Part shown: positions 9,586-20,724 of the stretch, one piece after another
Layout of the letters: each line of letters opens with the position of its first letter
Numbering within the stretch: the first letter of the stretch is position 1
From: Clostridiales bacterium
GTDB lineage: Bacteria; Bacillota; Clostridia; Oscillospirales; Oscillospiraceae
Assembly (NCBI GenBank): GCA_003150485.1
Contig: QALX01000007.1
Location: forward strand, 66,020-130,019
DNA length: 64,000 bases
Direction: 5' to 3'
Position numbers and translations under genes: made by a program
Notes under the pieces: model-generated
Database searches by the model: none
The model's input: the letters and a program-made list of their open reading frames with translations, nothing else
What the model was told of the DNA's origin: nothing

Positions 9586-10962
9586 ATGCGCAAAACAATA
9601 CTCCTGCTGTTTGGTCTGCTGCTGGCCGCCTGTGTGACCGGCTGCAGCTTTAAATCCGGCGAGGAACTGTATGCCCTGCCCCAGGCTTCGGCGGAATATG
9701 ACAGCCTGCAAACCTGTCTCCAGTCCATTTTGAAAGAGGGGCTGGAGTACTCCGCGCCGCTGACCGGCTCCAACACCCAGTCCGTCCAGCTGGCGGACCT
9801 GGACAACGATGGGCAGGACGAGGCAATCGCCTTTTTCCGGGACAGCTCCGCAGACAGCCAGTCCCTTAAAATTTACATCTTCCGCAAATCGGACGAAAAC
9901 ACCTACGCCCCCACCCTGATGATCGAGGGCAACGGCACCGCCATCAACTCCGCCGTCTGCTGCCAGCTGGAGGGCGGCAAGCACTCCATGTCCGAGCTGC
10001 TGATCAGCTGGCAGCTGTCTCCCACCGTCTACTCCCTGTCCGCCTACTCCCTGGAAAACGACGCCCTCTCCGAGATGCTCTCCGGCTCCACCTACAGTAA
10101 GTACGCGGTCAAGGACATGGATCAGGACGGTAACGATGAGATCGTCATGATTCAGCTGGACAGCTCGGATCAGAGCAGCAACCGGGCGGAATACTACACC
10201 GCCGCCGACGGGAAGATGGTGCTGAGAAACACGGTGCCCCTGTCCCAGAAGATGGGGACCGTAGAGAAAATGCACGACAGCGCCCTGCCCGACAGCGTCC
10301 CCGCCCTGTACGTCACCGGCTACGTTCTCAACAAGGACGGAGAGGTCAGCTCCTCCACCGTCATCACCGACATCCTGGCCCTGCGGAACGGCCGACTGAC
10401 CGACATCTCCATGGGCGCCGCCGGGGAAAACAGCTCCACCACCGTCCGCGCCAACCTGGTCCCGGATCAGGACATCAACGGCGACGGTATATTGGAGATC
10501 CCCATTCCCTACCTACTGGACAGCTATGACAGCTCCCTGTTTCAGGACAATTTCTACACCCTGCGCTGGCAGCAGTACCGGCTCAACGGCACCTTCCAGG
10601 TGGTTTCTTCCACCTACCACAACACCGCCGACGGCTGGTACCTGACCCTGCCCGACGCCTGGACCGGTCACATCAGCCTGATGCGCTTTGATACCAACAC
10701 CAGTCTCACCGTTGAGCGTAGTATCGTTTTTTACTACAAGGGTTCCGCCAAGGAAAAACCGGAGCCCTTCCTGGCTATTTACAAGAACTCCGGCAACGAC
10801 CGGCAGTCCCGGGCGGAAAAGGACCACCGCTTTCTCCTGCTCTCCGACCCGGACACCCTCTATTCCGCCGAGTTCTTCGACTGCGGCTGGGACTGCGGCC
10901 TGAACAGCACTACTCTGGCCCAGCAGTTCCACCTGATTCAGGCGGACTGGTCCACCAGTTAA
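9586..10962 (+). CDS. Lipoprotein with DxDxDG (FG-GAP/VCBS-like) calcium-binding motifs
   Basis: Lipobox VTGC; DLDNDGQDE, DMDQDGNDE and DINGDGILE. Confidence 0.75.
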   Translation: MRKTILLLFGLLLAACVTGCSFKSGEELYALPQASAEYDSLQTCLQSILKEGLEYSAPLTGSNTQSVQLADLDNDGQDEAIAFFRDSSADSQSLKIYIFRKSDENTYAPTLMIEGNGTAINSAVCCQLEGGKHSMSELLISWQLSPTVYSLSAYSLENDALSEMLSGSTYSKYAVKDMDQDGNDEIVMIQLDSSDQSSNRAEYYTAADGKMVLRNTVPLSQKMGTVEKMHDSALPDSVPALYVTGYVLNKDGEVSSSTVITDILALRNGRLTDISMGAAGENSSTTVRANLVPDQDINGDGILEIPIPYLLDSYDSSLFQDNFYTLRWQQYRLNGTFQVVSSTYHNTADGWYLTLPDAWTGHISLMRFDTNTSLTVERSIVFYYKGSAKEKPEPFLAIYKNSGNDRQSRAEKDHRFLLLSDPDTLYSAEFFDCGWDCGLNSTTLAQQFHLIQADWSTS

Positions 10963-11004
10963 CCAGTGCGCCAGAGTGCAATTCCCATTGTTGGAGGTTT
11001 TTTG

Positions 11005-11694
11005 ATGCGTAAAGTATTAGTTCTGGAAGATGAAGACAATATCCGCAGCTTTGTGGTCCTGAACTTGAACCGGGCCGGCTACGACACCGTGGAGGCCACC
11101 ACTGGCGAGGAAGCCCTGGAGCTGCTCAAGCGGCACCCGGAGACCCGAATCGCCCTGCTGGACGTCAATCTGCCCGGCATCGACGGCTTTGAGGTCTGTC
11201 GGCGGATTCGGGCCACCAACGCCAAGATGGGCATCATCATGCTCACCGCCCGGACCCAGGAGATGGACAAGGTCACCGGCCTGATGACCGGCGCCGACGA
11301 CTACGTAACCAAGCCCTTCTCCCCCGCCGAGCTCACCGCTCGTGTAGACGCCCTGTACCGGCGCAGCGGCAGCGAGGACAAGGCGGTGGAGACCGGCGAG
11401 ATCTCCCAGCCTCCCTTCCTGCTCAACACCCGCAACCGCACTCTGGAGAAAAACGGAAAGCGGATCAAGCTGACCCAGGTGGAGTACTCGGTGATGAAGC
11501 TGTTTATGGACAACCCGGGCAAGGCCCTGTCCCGGGACGAAATCCTGGAGGCCGTCTGGGGCCGGGACTATTACGGCGAGGTGAAGATCGTAGACGTAAA
11601 CATCCGCCGTCTCCGCCTGAAGGTGGAGGATGACCCCACCACGCCCACCTACATCACCACTGTCTGGGGCTATGGCTACAAGTGGGGGTTCTGA
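11005..11694 (+). CDS. OmpR/PhoB-family DNA-binding response regulator
   Basis: LEDE, LLDVNLP, GADDYVTKPFSP, VDVNIRRLR.K.E and TVWGYGY motifs. Confidence 0.95.
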   Translation: MRKVLVLEDEDNIRSFVVLNLNRAGYDTVEATTGEEALELLKRHPETRIALLDVNLPGIDGFEVCRRIRATNAKMGIIMLTARTQEMDKVTGLMTGADDYVTKPFSPAELTARVDALYRRSGSEDKAVETGEISQPPFLLNTRNRTLEKNGKRIKLTQVEYSVMKLFMDNPGKALSRDEILEAVWGRDYYGEVKIVDVNIRRLRLKVEDDPTTPTYITTVWGYGYKWGF

Positions 11695-11738
11695 CCCCCT
11701 GCCGTCCCCGACCCGCTCCAAAGAGGATGTGAACCTGT

Positions 11739-13166
11739 ATGTCTCTTATGCAAAAAGGCATCCGGCGCCGCTGGATGGTCAACAGCATCGGCACCGTCTC
11801 CTTCGTGCTGCTGGTGGCTATGATCTCCTTCTCGGTCTTTGTGGGCAACTACTACTACAACAGTATTCGCTCCGCCCTCCAAACCCAGGCCACGGCGGTG
11901 GGTGACTTTCTCTCCAGCTACGCCACCTCGGAGAGCACCTATCTGGAGATGGCCAACTATTATATCAATGACTTTGACGAGCGGGAATCCCTGGAGCTTC
12001 AGTTTATCAGCACCTCCGGGCAGATTGTCCTCTCCTCTTACGGTCTCACCTCCGGCGGCAGCCCCGGTACCTCGGACATCACCGAGGCCATCAACTCCCA
12101 AAATGTATTCTGCTGGTCCGGCCGGGACCCCTCCACCGGCGAGCGCATTATGGCTGTCTCCGCCCCCATTCTCTATGGGAACGACGTGAAGGGCGTTGTC
12201 CGACTGGTCTCCAGCCTGTCCATTGTGGACCGACAGTTCATGCTGCTCATTCTCATCGCCCTGGGGGTGTGCATCGGGGCGCTGTCCATGGTGTACATCA
12301 CCAACCTGTACTTTATCCGCTCCATCGTGGAGCCCATGACCAGCATCACCGAGACCGCCAAGCGCATCGCCGCCGGCAGCTACGGCGTTCAGATCGAGCG
12401 CAAATTTGATGACGAGATCGGAGAGCTGGCCACCACCATCAACGACATGTCCCAGAAAATCGGTCAGAACGAGAAAATGCAGACCGAGTTTATCTCCTCA
12501 GTCTCCCACGAGCTGCGCACCCCCCTGACCGCCATCAATGGCTGGAGCGAAACCCTCTTGTCCGGCGAGATTCACGACCCGGAGAGCATTCACAAGGGCC
12601 TATCCATCATCGTCAGCGAGGGGCACCGTCTGTCCAAGATGGTGGATGAGCTGCTGGAGTTCTCCCGGATCGAGGACGGCCGCTTCACTCTCAACGTGGA
12701 GCCGGTGGACATCACGGCGGAATTTGAGGACGCCGTATTCACCTACCAGCAGCTGTACCGGGCAAAGAACATCCGCATGGCCTACACCCCCTGTGAGGAG
12801 GAGCTTCCCCTCATCCCCGGGGACCCGGAGCGGCTGCGCCAGGTCTTTTCCAATCTGCTGGACAACGCGGCCAAGCATGGCGGCGGCAACCAGGTGATCG
12901 AAACCTCCGTGGTTCGGGAAGAGGATCAGGTGGCCATCCGCATCCGGGACCACGGTCCCGGCGTGGCGGAAAAGGATCTGCCCCACGTAAAGGAAAAGTT
13001 CTACAAGGGCTCCTCCAAAGCCCGGGGCAACGGCATCGGCCTGGCGGTCTGCGACGAGATCGTGGCCCGGCTGGGCGGCAGTTTGGACGTGGCCAACGCC
13101 GAGGGCGGCGGCTGCCGGATCACTATCCGCCTGCCCCTGTCCAATCCCACTGTGGGCAGCAGCTGA
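11739..13166 (+). CDS. Sensor histidine kinase (2 TM, HAMP, HisKA, HATPase)
   Basis: SHELRTPLT H-box, NLLDNA N-box, DHGPG and GNGIGL G-boxes. Confidence 0.95.
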   Translation: MSLMQKGIRRRWMVNSIGTVSFVLLVAMISFSVFVGNYYYNSIRSALQTQATAVGDFLSSYATSESTYLEMANYYINDFDERESLELQFISTSGQIVLSSYGLTSGGSPGTSDITEAINSQNVFCWSGRDPSTGERIMAVSAPILYGNDVKGVVRLVSSLSIVDRQFMLLILIALGVCIGALSMVYITNLYFIRSIVEPMTSITETAKRIAAGSYGVQIERKFDDEIGELATTINDMSQKIGQNEKMQTEFISSVSHELRTPLTAINGWSETLLSGEIHDPESIHKGLSIIVSEGHRLSKMVDELLEFSRIEDGRFTLNVEPVDITAEFEDAVFTYQQLYRAKNIRMAYTPCEEELPLIPGDPERLRQVFSNLLDNAAKHGGGNQVIETSVVREEDQVAIRIRDHGPGVAEKDLPHVKEKFYKGSSKARGNGIGLAVCDEIVARLGGSLDVANAEGGGCRITIRLPLSNPTVGSS

Positions 13167-13216
13167 GTCTATTCCCTTCTAACACTTTACAACGATTGAT
13201 AAGGAGACCTCGCACT

Positions 13217-14188
13217 ATGGCAAAGCAACCCGATCACCCTTCCCAGCCCACTCCCTTTCGCACCACCATCGGCGGACAAGCGCTGATTGAGGGGATCCTG
13301 ATGCGCGGTCCCGAAAAGCAGGCCATCGTCGTCCGCAAGCCGGACGGCGATTTGGTCACCAAAGTGGAGGAGCTCCACCTGATCAAAGAACGCCACCCCA
13401 TCCTGGGCGTCCCCCTGATCCGAGGGACTGTGAATTTCCTGGACTCCATGGTCAAGGGGGTCCAGGCTCTGATGTTCTCCGCCGAATTCTATCCCGAGGA
13501 CGAAGAGGAAGCGGCCGCCGAGCCCTCCAAATTCGAGGTCTGGCTGGAGAAAAAACTGGGCAGCGAACAGTTTATGAAGGTCCTCATCGCCCTGGCCGTG
13601 GTGCTGGGCATCGGCTTTTCCGTGTGCCTGTTCATTCTCCTGCCCGCCTTCCTGGGCGGACTGCTTCAAAAGGTGATCTCCAGCTACCTGGTCTGCAATC
13701 TGCTGGAGGGCGTTTTGCGGATTGTCATCTTCCTGCTCTACCTCATCCTCTGCTCCAAGCAGAAGGATATGAAGCGGGTGTTCGCCTACCACGGCGCAGA
13801 GCACAAAACCATCTTCTGCTACGAACGCGGGCTGGAGCTGACGGTGGACCATGTCCGGGATATGCCCCGGCACCACCCCCGCTGCGGTACCAGCTTTCTG
13901 TTCGTGGTGCTGGTGCTGTCCATCCTGCTGTTTTCAGTGGTGCAGGTGGAGAGCGTCCTGCTCCAGATGCTGCTGAAGCTGCTGCTGCTGCCCGTTCTGG
14001 TCAGCATCACCTATGAGATCAACCGCTTCGTGGGCCGCCACGACACCGCCCTGACCCGGATCATCACGGCCCCCGGCCTCTGGCTTCAGAATTTTACCAC
14101 CAATGAGCCGGACGATTCGATGATTGAGGTAGGCATCGCCGCTCTTCAGGCAGTGCTCCCAGACCTCAAGGGCCAGGACGCCTGGTAA
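13217..14188 (+). CDS. DUF1385 family membrane protein
   Basis: IGGQALIEG, YHGAEHK and HPRCGTSF motifs; usual position upstream of prmC. Confidence 0.9.
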   Translation: MAKQPDHPSQPTPFRTTIGGQALIEGILMRGPEKQAIVVRKPDGDLVTKVEELHLIKERHPILGVPLIRGTVNFLDSMVKGVQALMFSAEFYPEDEEEAAAEPSKFEVWLEKKLGSEQFMKVLIALAVVLGIGFSVCLFILLPAFLGGLLQKVISSYLVCNLLEGVLRIVIFLLYLILCSKQKDMKRVFAYHGAEHKTIFCYERGLELTVDHVRDMPRHHPRCGTSFLFVVLVLSILLFSVVQVESVLLQMLLKLLLLPVLVSITYEINRFVGRHDTALTRIITAPGLWLQNFTTNEPDDSMIEVGIAALQAVLPDLKGQDAW

Positions 14189-14230
14189 TCCCCCGCGCCA
14201 CACAACACGCTGAGATGGAGTGACCCCAAC

Positions 14231-15088
14231 ATGGCAAAGACATATAACGACCTGTATTTAGATACCCGTCAGCAACTGCGCAAGGCCGGCATCGAGGCAG
14301 CGCAGCTGGAGGCCCGGGAGCTGGTGTGCTACGCCACCGGCAAGAGCCGGGACGATTTTTTTCGCGACAGCCGCCTCTACGCCCCCCATCCGGTGGAGCG
14401 CCGGCTGGAAGAGCTGCTCTCCCGCCGCTTGCAGGGGGAGCCGGTGGCCTATATCATCGGTGAATGGAACTTTTACGGCATGCCCCTGGAGGTGGACCGC
14501 ACCGTCCTGATCCCCCGGCCGGATACAGAGATCATCGCCGGCCGGGCCATTGAGCTGGCCAAAATGGCCGGGGAACACGGCCGAGTCCTGGACCTCTGCT
14601 CCGGCAGCGGCTGCATCGGCCTGGCAGTGGCCAAGCACGCGGAGAACTGCCGGGTGGTGCTGGCAGATCTGTCCGAGGACGCCATCCGGCTGGCCCGGAA
14701 GAACACCCGCCGCAACCAGCTCCAGAGCCGGGTCAGCGGCGTCCGTCTGGACGCCCGGGAGAACCCTCCGGACCTGCTGTGGGACTTTAACCTGATCGTC
14801 TGCAACCCCCCCTATATTCGCACCGGCGACCTGGAAACGCTGGACCCGTCGGTCCGGGACTACGAGCCGCTGCTGGCTCTGGACGGCGGCGCGGACGGTC
14901 TGGACTTCTACCGCATCATCGCCCGAAAGTGGAAACCTGCCCTCCGCCGCACCGGCACCCTCCTCTTTGAGGTGGGGTACGACCAGGCCGGAGACGTATC
15001 CGACATCCTAACCCAGTGCGGCTACCACAACATCACCTGTCACCCCGACTACAACGGCATCCTCCGTGGCGTCGAGGCCACCCTCTGA
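14231..15088 (+). CDS. prmC: Release factor glutamine methyltransferase
   Basis: [22 protein letters not shown] and EP.LALDGG.DGL motifs. Confidence 0.95.
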   Translation: MAKTYNDLYLDTRQQLRKAGIEAAQLEARELVCYATGKSRDDFFRDSRLYAPHPVERRLEELLSRRLQGEPVAYIIGEWNFYGMPLEVDRTVLIPRPDTEIIAGRAIELAKMAGEHGRVLDLCSGSGCIGLAVAKHAENCRVVLADLSEDAIRLARKNTRRNQLQSRVSGVRLDARENPPDLLWDFNLIVCNPPYIRTGDLETLDPSVRDYEPLLALDGGADGLDFYRIIARKWKPALRRTGTLLFEVGYDQAGDVSDILTQCGYHNITCHPDYNGILRGVEATL

Positions 15089-15128
15089 CGACCCCGTCAG
15101 GCGCAGACTGAATAAAGGAAGAATCACT

Positions 15129-16262
15129 ATGGCAAGCAAGAAAACTATTTCTAAGACCAAGGCCCCTCCCGCCCCGGCCAGCGACAAGGAAAAAGCCCTG
15201 GCCACCGCCCTGGCCCAGATCGAACGGGCCTACGGCAAAGGCGCCATTATGCGTATGAGCGATCGCCCCTCCGTCCAGATTGACGCGGTGCCCACCGGCT
15301 CCCTGTCCCTGGATATCGCCCTGGGCATCGGCGGCATCCCCCGGGGCCGGATCGTGGAAATTTACGGGCCCGAATCCTCGGGCAAAACCACCCTGGCCCT
15401 GCACATCGTGGCCGAAGCACAGAAGCTGGGCGGCGAGGTGGCCTACATCGACGCGGAACACGCCCTGGACCCCGTTTACGCCCAGGCTCTGGGGGTGGAC
15501 ATCAACTCCATGCTCATTTCCCAGCCAGACACCGGTGAGCAGGGCCTGGAAATCACGGAACAGCTGGTCCGCTCCGGCGCCGTGGACGTGGTCGTGGTGG
15601 ACTCGGTGGCAGCGCTGGTCCCCCGGGCCGAGATCGAAGGAGAGATGGGCGAGAGCTTTGTGGGCGTCCACGCCCGGCTCATGAGCCAGGCCCTGCGGAA
15701 GCTGGCCGGCTGCATCGCAAAGACCAACTGTATCGTGGTCTTTATCAACCAGCTCCGGGAGAAAATCGGCATTGCCTACGGCAACCCGGAGGTCACCACC
15801 GGCGGTCGGGCGCTGAAGTTCTACTCCTCGGTCCGCATCGACGTCCGCAAGATGCAGACCCTCAAAGTGGGCGACCAGCTCATTGGCAACCACACCCGGG
15901 CCAAGGTAGTCAAAAACAAGGTGGCGCCCCCCTTCCGGGAGGCCGAATTTGATATCATGTACGGCCAGGGCATCTCCAAGGAAGGGGAACTGTTGGACCT
16001 GGGTGTCCAGCTGGGCCTGGTGGAGAAGTCCGGCAGCTGGTTCTCCATGGGCGAAACCCGCCTGGGCCAGGGCCGGGACAACGCCAAGAATTACTTTAAA
16101 GAGCATCCGGAGGAGGCCAAGACCCTGGATGCGGCCATCCGGGAAAACGCCTACAAGCTGATGGGCAAGCCCTCCAAAACCGCCGCCAAGGCCGCTGAGG
16201 AGATGGAAGAGGTGGAGCCCGCAGACTCCATCGACGTGTCCGCCGAGGACTTTGACGGCTGA
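15129..16262 (+). CDS. recA: Recombinase RecA
   Basis: [17 protein letters not shown] and [12 protein letters not shown] motifs. Confidence 0.99.
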   Translation: MASKKTISKTKAPPAPASDKEKALATALAQIERAYGKGAIMRMSDRPSVQIDAVPTGSLSLDIALGIGGIPRGRIVEIYGPESSGKTTLALHIVAEAQKLGGEVAYIDAEHALDPVYAQALGVDINSMLISQPDTGEQGLEITEQLVRSGAVDVVVVDSVAALVPRAEIEGEMGESFVGVHARLMSQALRKLAGCIAKTNCIVVFINQLREKIGIAYGNPEVTTGGRALKFYSSVRIDVRKMQTLKVGDQLIGNHTRAKVVKNKVAPPFREAEFDIMYGQGISKEGELLDLGVQLGLVEKSGSWFSMGETRLGQGRDNAKNYFKEHPEEAKTLDAAIRENAYKLMGKPSKTAAKAAEEMEEVEPADSIDVSAEDFDG

Positions 16263-16891
16263 TGACCCGGATCACCAGGCTGGAGCCCTCCAAACACATC
16301 CGCGGCCGGTTCCTGGTCTTTCTGGAGGGCGGGGAGGAGTCCCTGCTCAAGGTCACCGAGGAGGAGGTGCTCCGCTTTGCCCTTCACACCGGCAAGGAGC
16401 TGGATGACGCCGCCCTGGCCCAGCTGATCCGGGCGGCCGGCCTCAGCAACGCCAAGGCCACCGCCGCCCGGATGATCGGCGCCCGCCCCCTGGCCAAGGG
16501 AGAACTGATCCACCGGCTGATCCAGAAGAAAATCCCCTCAGACTGCGCCCAGGCCGCCGCCCAGTGGCTGGAAGACATCGGCGCCATCGACGATCTGGCC
16601 TACGCAAAAATGCTGGTACGGCATTACGCCGCCCGGGGCTACGGCCCCCGGAAAATCCGGGACGAGTTTTTCAAGCGCCGGGTGTCCCGGGACTGCTGGG
16701 ACCAGGCTCTGGAGGAGCTGGAAGCGCCGGATGATGCCATCGACCGGCTCATTGAGCGGAAACTCCGGGGCAATGTCCCGAACCGAAAGGAATTGAACCG
16801 GGTGTCCGCCTATCTGGCCCGCCGGGGCTTCTCCTGGGAGGATATCCGGGAGGGGCTGGCCCGGTACGGCGCGGGGCTGGAAGAGCCCTGA
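16262..16891 (+). CDS. recX: Regulatory protein RecX
   Basis: TGATG-coupled to recA; IDD..YA, GPRKI..E and YLARRGF motifs. Confidence 0.9.
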   Translation: MTRITRLEPSKHIRGRFLVFLEGGEESLLKVTEEEVLRFALHTGKELDDAALAQLIRAAGLSNAKATAARMIGARPLAKGELIHRLIQKKIPSDCAQAAAQWLEDIGAIDDLAYAKMLVRHYAARGYGPRKIRDEFFKRRVSRDCWDQALEELEAPDDAIDRLIERKLRGNVPNRKELNRVSAYLARRGFSWEDIREGLARYGAGLEEP

Positions 16892-16910
16892 ATCATCGGG
16901 AGGTGCCACA

Positions 16911-18257
16911 TTGAACCACTATAAAGTCGCCTTTATCTCATTAGGCTGCGACAAAAACCGAATCAACTGCGAACAGATGATGTTCCTGGCCCAGGCCGCC
17001 GGACATCAGCTGCTGCCGGAGCCGGAGGGGGCGGATGTGTGCGTCATCAACACCTGCGGCTTCATTGACGCCGCCAAGGAGGAGGCCATCGCCGCTATCC
17101 TCCGGGTGGCAGCCCTGAAGGAAGCGGGGCTGGTGGGAAAGATTCTGGTCTCCGGCTGCCTGGCCCAACGCTACCGGGGCGAGATCCCGGACTCCCTCCC
17201 CGAGGTGGACGGGATGCTGGGCACCGGCAGCTACACCGACATCGTCCAAGCCATCCAGGACGTGATGGGAGAGCGCCCCGTGGACTTCCACGGAAACATC
17301 AACTGCACCAATGACGACGGACAGCGGGTCCTGTCCACCCCGGAGTACCTGGCCTATCTGAAAATCGCCGAGGGATGCAGCAACTGCTGTGCCTTCTGCG
17401 TAATCCCCCAGCTCCGGGGCCGCTACCGCAGCCGGACCATGGAGTCCATCCTGCTGGAGGCCAAAGCCCTGTCGGAAAACGGCGTCCAGGAGCTGATCGT
17501 CATCGCCCAGGACATCACCCGCTACGGCACCGACCTCTACGGCGCGCGGAAGCTGCCCGAGCTGCTGCGCCAGCTGTGCCGGCTGGACTTCCACTGGATT
17601 CGGCTCCACTACCTGTACCCAGATGACCTGACCGACGAGCTCATCGACGTCATCGCCACAGAGCCGAAAATTCTCCACTACCTGGACATCCCCCTCCAGC
17701 ACTGCAACGACCGGATTCTCCAGGCCATGTGCCGCCGGGGCACCAAGGCGGAAATCACCGCCCTGCTGGACCGGATTCGCGCCCGGATGCCCGACGTGGT
17801 GTTCCGCACTTCTCTGATCACCGGCCTGCCCGGCGAGGGGGAGGCGGAGTTTGAAGAGCTGTGCGCCTTCCTCCGCCAGCAAAAACTGGTGCGGGCCGGG
17901 GTATTCCAGTACTCCCCCGAGGAGGGTACCCCCGCCGCCGCCATGCCGGATCAGGTGGACCCGGAGGTGGCCGCCCGGCGGCTGGAGCTGCTGGTGGACC
18001 TCCAGAGCGACGTGATGGACGGGTACAACGAGAGCCGGTTGGGCGAGACGGTGGAGGTCCTCTGCGAGGGGTTCGACGATGAAATGGGCTGCTTCGTGGG
18101 CCGTACCTATGCCGACTCCCCAGACATCGACGGCCACGTCTTCTTTACCGCCGCCGGTGATCTGTCCCCCGGCGTATTTGTCAACGTGCGATTGACGGAC
18201 ACCGTGGATGGTGATATGATGGGGGAAATTGACTCTGTAGAGGATGAATCACTGTGA
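16911..18257 (+). CDS. rimO: Ribosomal protein S12 methylthiotransferase
   Basis: SLGCDKN, NTCGFI, EGCSNCCAFC and GR...DSPDIDG motifs; TTG start after GGAGG. Confidence 0.93.
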   Translation: MNHYKVAFISLGCDKNRINCEQMMFLAQAAGHQLLPEPEGADVCVINTCGFIDAAKEEAIAAILRVAALKEAGLVGKILVSGCLAQRYRGEIPDSLPEVDGMLGTGSYTDIVQAIQDVMGERPVDFHGNINCTNDDGQRVLSTPEYLAYLKIAEGCSNCCAFCVIPQLRGRYRSRTMESILLEAKALSENGVQELIVIAQDITRYGTDLYGARKLPELLRQLCRLDFHWIRLHYLYPDDLTDELIDVIATEPKILHYLDIPLQHCNDRILQAMCRRGTKAEITALLDRIRARMPDVVFRTSLITGLPGEGEAEFEELCAFLRQQKLVRAGVFQYSPEEGTPAAAMPDQVDPEVAARRLELLVDLQSDVMDGYNESRLGETVEVLCEGFDDEMGCFVGRTYADSPDIDGHVFFTAAGDLSPGVFVNVRLTDTVDGDMMGEIDSVEDESL

Positions 18258-18778
18258 ATACCGCCAATAAAATTACACTGTTTCGGGTTTTCCTGATCCC
18301 CGTTTTTCTGATTGTGCTCTATCTCGATTTCTCCGGCCACTACCTGGTGGCCTTGGGCGTCTTTATCGTCGCCTGCCTCAGCGACTTCCTAGACGGGTAC
18401 ATCGCCCGGCACCACAATCAGGTCACCGATTTCGGCAAGTTTATGGACCCCATCGCCGATAAGGTACTGGTGATCTCCGCCATGGTCATGTTCGTCAGCT
18501 GGGATCGGATGCCTGCCTGGATGCTGGTCATCGTCATCGCCCGGGAGCTGGGGATCTCCGCCCTGCGGCTCATCGCCGTGGACAACGGCCGGGTGATCGC
18601 TGCGGGCTGGTCCGGCAAGGTGAAAACCGCCGCCACCATGGTCTGTATCTGTATCATGCTGGCCCTGAACCTGCCGGTGCTGGACCTGATTTGCAGCTGG
18701 GTTATCCTGGTCACCACCGCCTACTCCGGCGCAGAGTATTTTGTCAAAAACCGCAGCGTGCTCAACCCCAACAAGTGA
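18254..18778 (+). CDS. pgsA: CDP-diacylglycerol--glycerol-3-phosphate 3-phosphatidyltransferase
   Basis: DFLDGYIAR...T.FGKFMDP.ADK motif. Confidence 0.93.
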   Translation: MNTANKITLFRVFLIPVFLIVLYLDFSGHYLVALGVFIVACLSDFLDGYIARHHNQVTDFGKFMDPIADKVLVISAMVMFVSWDRMPAWMLVIVIARELGISALRLIAVDNGRVIAAGWSGKVKTAATMVCICIMLALNLPVLDLICSWVILVTTAYSGAEYFVKNRSVLNPNK

Positions 18779-18837
18779 GCCATCCCCCTTGACACCCCTC
18801 CCCCCAAATGCTAGTATAGTGTGTGTAGCGTCACTTT

Positions 18838-19051
18838 TGCTGAGAACGGGAAGAGTAGCGCGGTCTCGGCCAGTACAGCGAGGGACGGTCACCGGGTGCA
18901 AGCCGTCCTCTGGGTCCGCCGCGTGAAGTGCGCCCGGGAGCACGGGAGTAATGTCCCCGGTCTGGCCCCGTTACCGGCCCTTTTCGAGGAATAAATGAGA
19001 GTGGAACCGCGAATTTTTCGCCTCTTGCAGTCAATGCAGGAGGCGTTTTTT
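18838..19051 (+). ncRNA. T-box riboswitch, Cys specifier
   Basis: AGTAG...AGCGAG...GGTGCAA stem I; specifier TGC at 18929-18931; T-box GAGAGTGGAACCGCG; terminator CGCCTCTTGCA/TGCAGGAGGCG followed by a T-run; sigma-A promoter at 18789-18817. Confidence 0.9.
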
Positions 19052-19084
19052 CGTCCGTCCACCCAATTCAGGAGGAATCGCCCT

Positions 19085-20497
19085 ATGAAAATTTTCAACT
19101 CCATGTCCCGCCAGAAGGAGGACTTTGTCCCCATCGAGCCGGGCAAGGTCCGCATGTACGCCTGCGGCCCCACCGTCTACAACCTAATCCACGTGGGCAA
19201 CGCCCGCCCCATCATCCTCTTCGACGTGCTGCGCCGCTATCTGGAGTACCGGGGCTATGACGTGACCTTCGTCCAGAACTTCACCGACGTGGACGACAAG
19301 ATCATCAACCGGGCCAACGAGGAGGGCATCACCTCCCAAGCGGTAGCCGAGAAGTACATCCAGGAGTATTTCACCGACGCCCAGGGCCTTGGGGTCCGCC
19401 CCGCCACCATCCACCCCAAGGCCACGGAGAACATCCCCCAGATCATCGACATGGTCCAGACCCTCATCGACAAGGGCTACGCCTATCCGGTGGACAACGG
19501 TGACGTGTACTACCGCACCCTGAAGTTCCAGGGCTACGGCAAGCTGTCCCACCAGCCCATTGAGGACCTCCAGTCCGGCGCCCGGATCGCTGTGGGCGAC
19601 GTGAAAGAAAACCCCCTGGATTTCGCCCTGTGGAAGGCTGCCAAGCCCGGTGAGCCCGCCTGGGACTCCCCCTGGGGCCCCGGCCGTCCCGGCTGGCACA
19701 TTGAGTGCTCCGCCATGTCCAACCGCTATTTGGGCAAGACCATCGACATCCACTGCGGCGGCGAAGACCTCCAGTTCCCCCACCACGAAAACGAGATCGC
19801 CCAGTCCGAGGCCGCCAACGGCTGTGAATTCGTCCACTACTGGATGCACAATGGCTTCCTGAACATCGACAACCGAAAGATGTCCAAATCCCTGGGCAAC
19901 TTTTTCACCGTCCGGGAGGCCGCCGCGGCCTATGGCTATGAGACCATCCGGCTGTTCATGCTCTCCGCCCACTACCGCACCCCCCTGAACTACTCCGCCG
20001 AGATCCTCCAGCAGGAGCAGAACTCTCTGGACCGGTTGTACTCCGCCGCCGACAACCTGAAGTACCTGGCGGAAAACGGCGCGGAAGGCGCCGCAAACGC
20101 CGCAGAACAGGCAGTTATGGACACCTTTGACAGCTATCGGGAGCGCTTTGACGCCGCCATGGACGACGATTTCAACACCGCCAACGCCGTCTCCGTCCTC
20201 TTTGAGCTGGTCCGTGCTGTGAACACCGCCACCACCGCCGGCAAGGACGGGGAACCCACCCGGGCCGGCGCCCAGGCCTGTCTGGACATGGTGCACGAGT
20301 TCACCAACGTGCTGGGCCTGCTGTACAGCCGCCAGGAAGAGAGCCTGGACGACAAAGTGGAGCAGATGATCGCCGACCGCCAGGCTGCCCGGGCCGCTAA
20401 AAACTGGGCCGAAGCCGACCGGATTCGGGATGAGCTGAAGGCCATGGGCATCGAGCTCAAGGACACCAAGCAGGGTGTCCAGTGGAAGAAAATCTGA
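19085..20497 (+). CDS. cysS: Cysteine--tRNA ligase
   Basis: [19 protein letters not shown] and KMSKS motifs. Confidence 0.98.
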   Translation: MKIFNSMSRQKEDFVPIEPGKVRMYACGPTVYNLIHVGNARPIILFDVLRRYLEYRGYDVTFVQNFTDVDDKIINRANEEGITSQAVAEKYIQEYFTDAQGLGVRPATIHPKATENIPQIIDMVQTLIDKGYAYPVDNGDVYYRTLKFQGYGKLSHQPIEDLQSGARIAVGDVKENPLDFALWKAAKPGEPAWDSPWGPGRPGWHIECSAMSNRYLGKTIDIHCGGEDLQFPHHENEIAQSEAANGCEFVHYWMHNGFLNIDNRKMSKSLGNFFTVREAAAAYGYETIRLFMLSAHYRTPLNYSAEILQQEQNSLDRLYSAADNLKYLAENGAEGAANAAEQAVMDTFDSYRERFDAAMDDDFNTANAVSVLFELVRAVNTATTAGKDGEPTRAGAQACLDMVHEFTNVLGLLYSRQEESLDDKVEQMIADRQAARAAKNWAEADRIRDELKAMGIELKDTKQGVQWKKI

Positions 20498-20724
20498 CCG
20501 ACAAAAACGACACCGGGAATCAATCCCCTGGTGTCGTTTTCTCATGAACAACCGTTTTTCTTGCGGAAACAACTTTTGAAATGGTCTTTGTCAAAAATAA
20601 TCATTTTCCCCGTTGACAAGGTAGATTCCATCCAATATAATGAAGTTAAAAGACCGGCTCCCTGCCGGGGATACCCGCCCCGGAACCGGTCCCCATAACA
20701 TGGTTGATTGAGGAGGGGGTCCCC

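Noticed and set aside
15089..15128. LexA box before recA
   Set aside because: No CGAAC-N4-GTTCG-like site in the 40-bp gap
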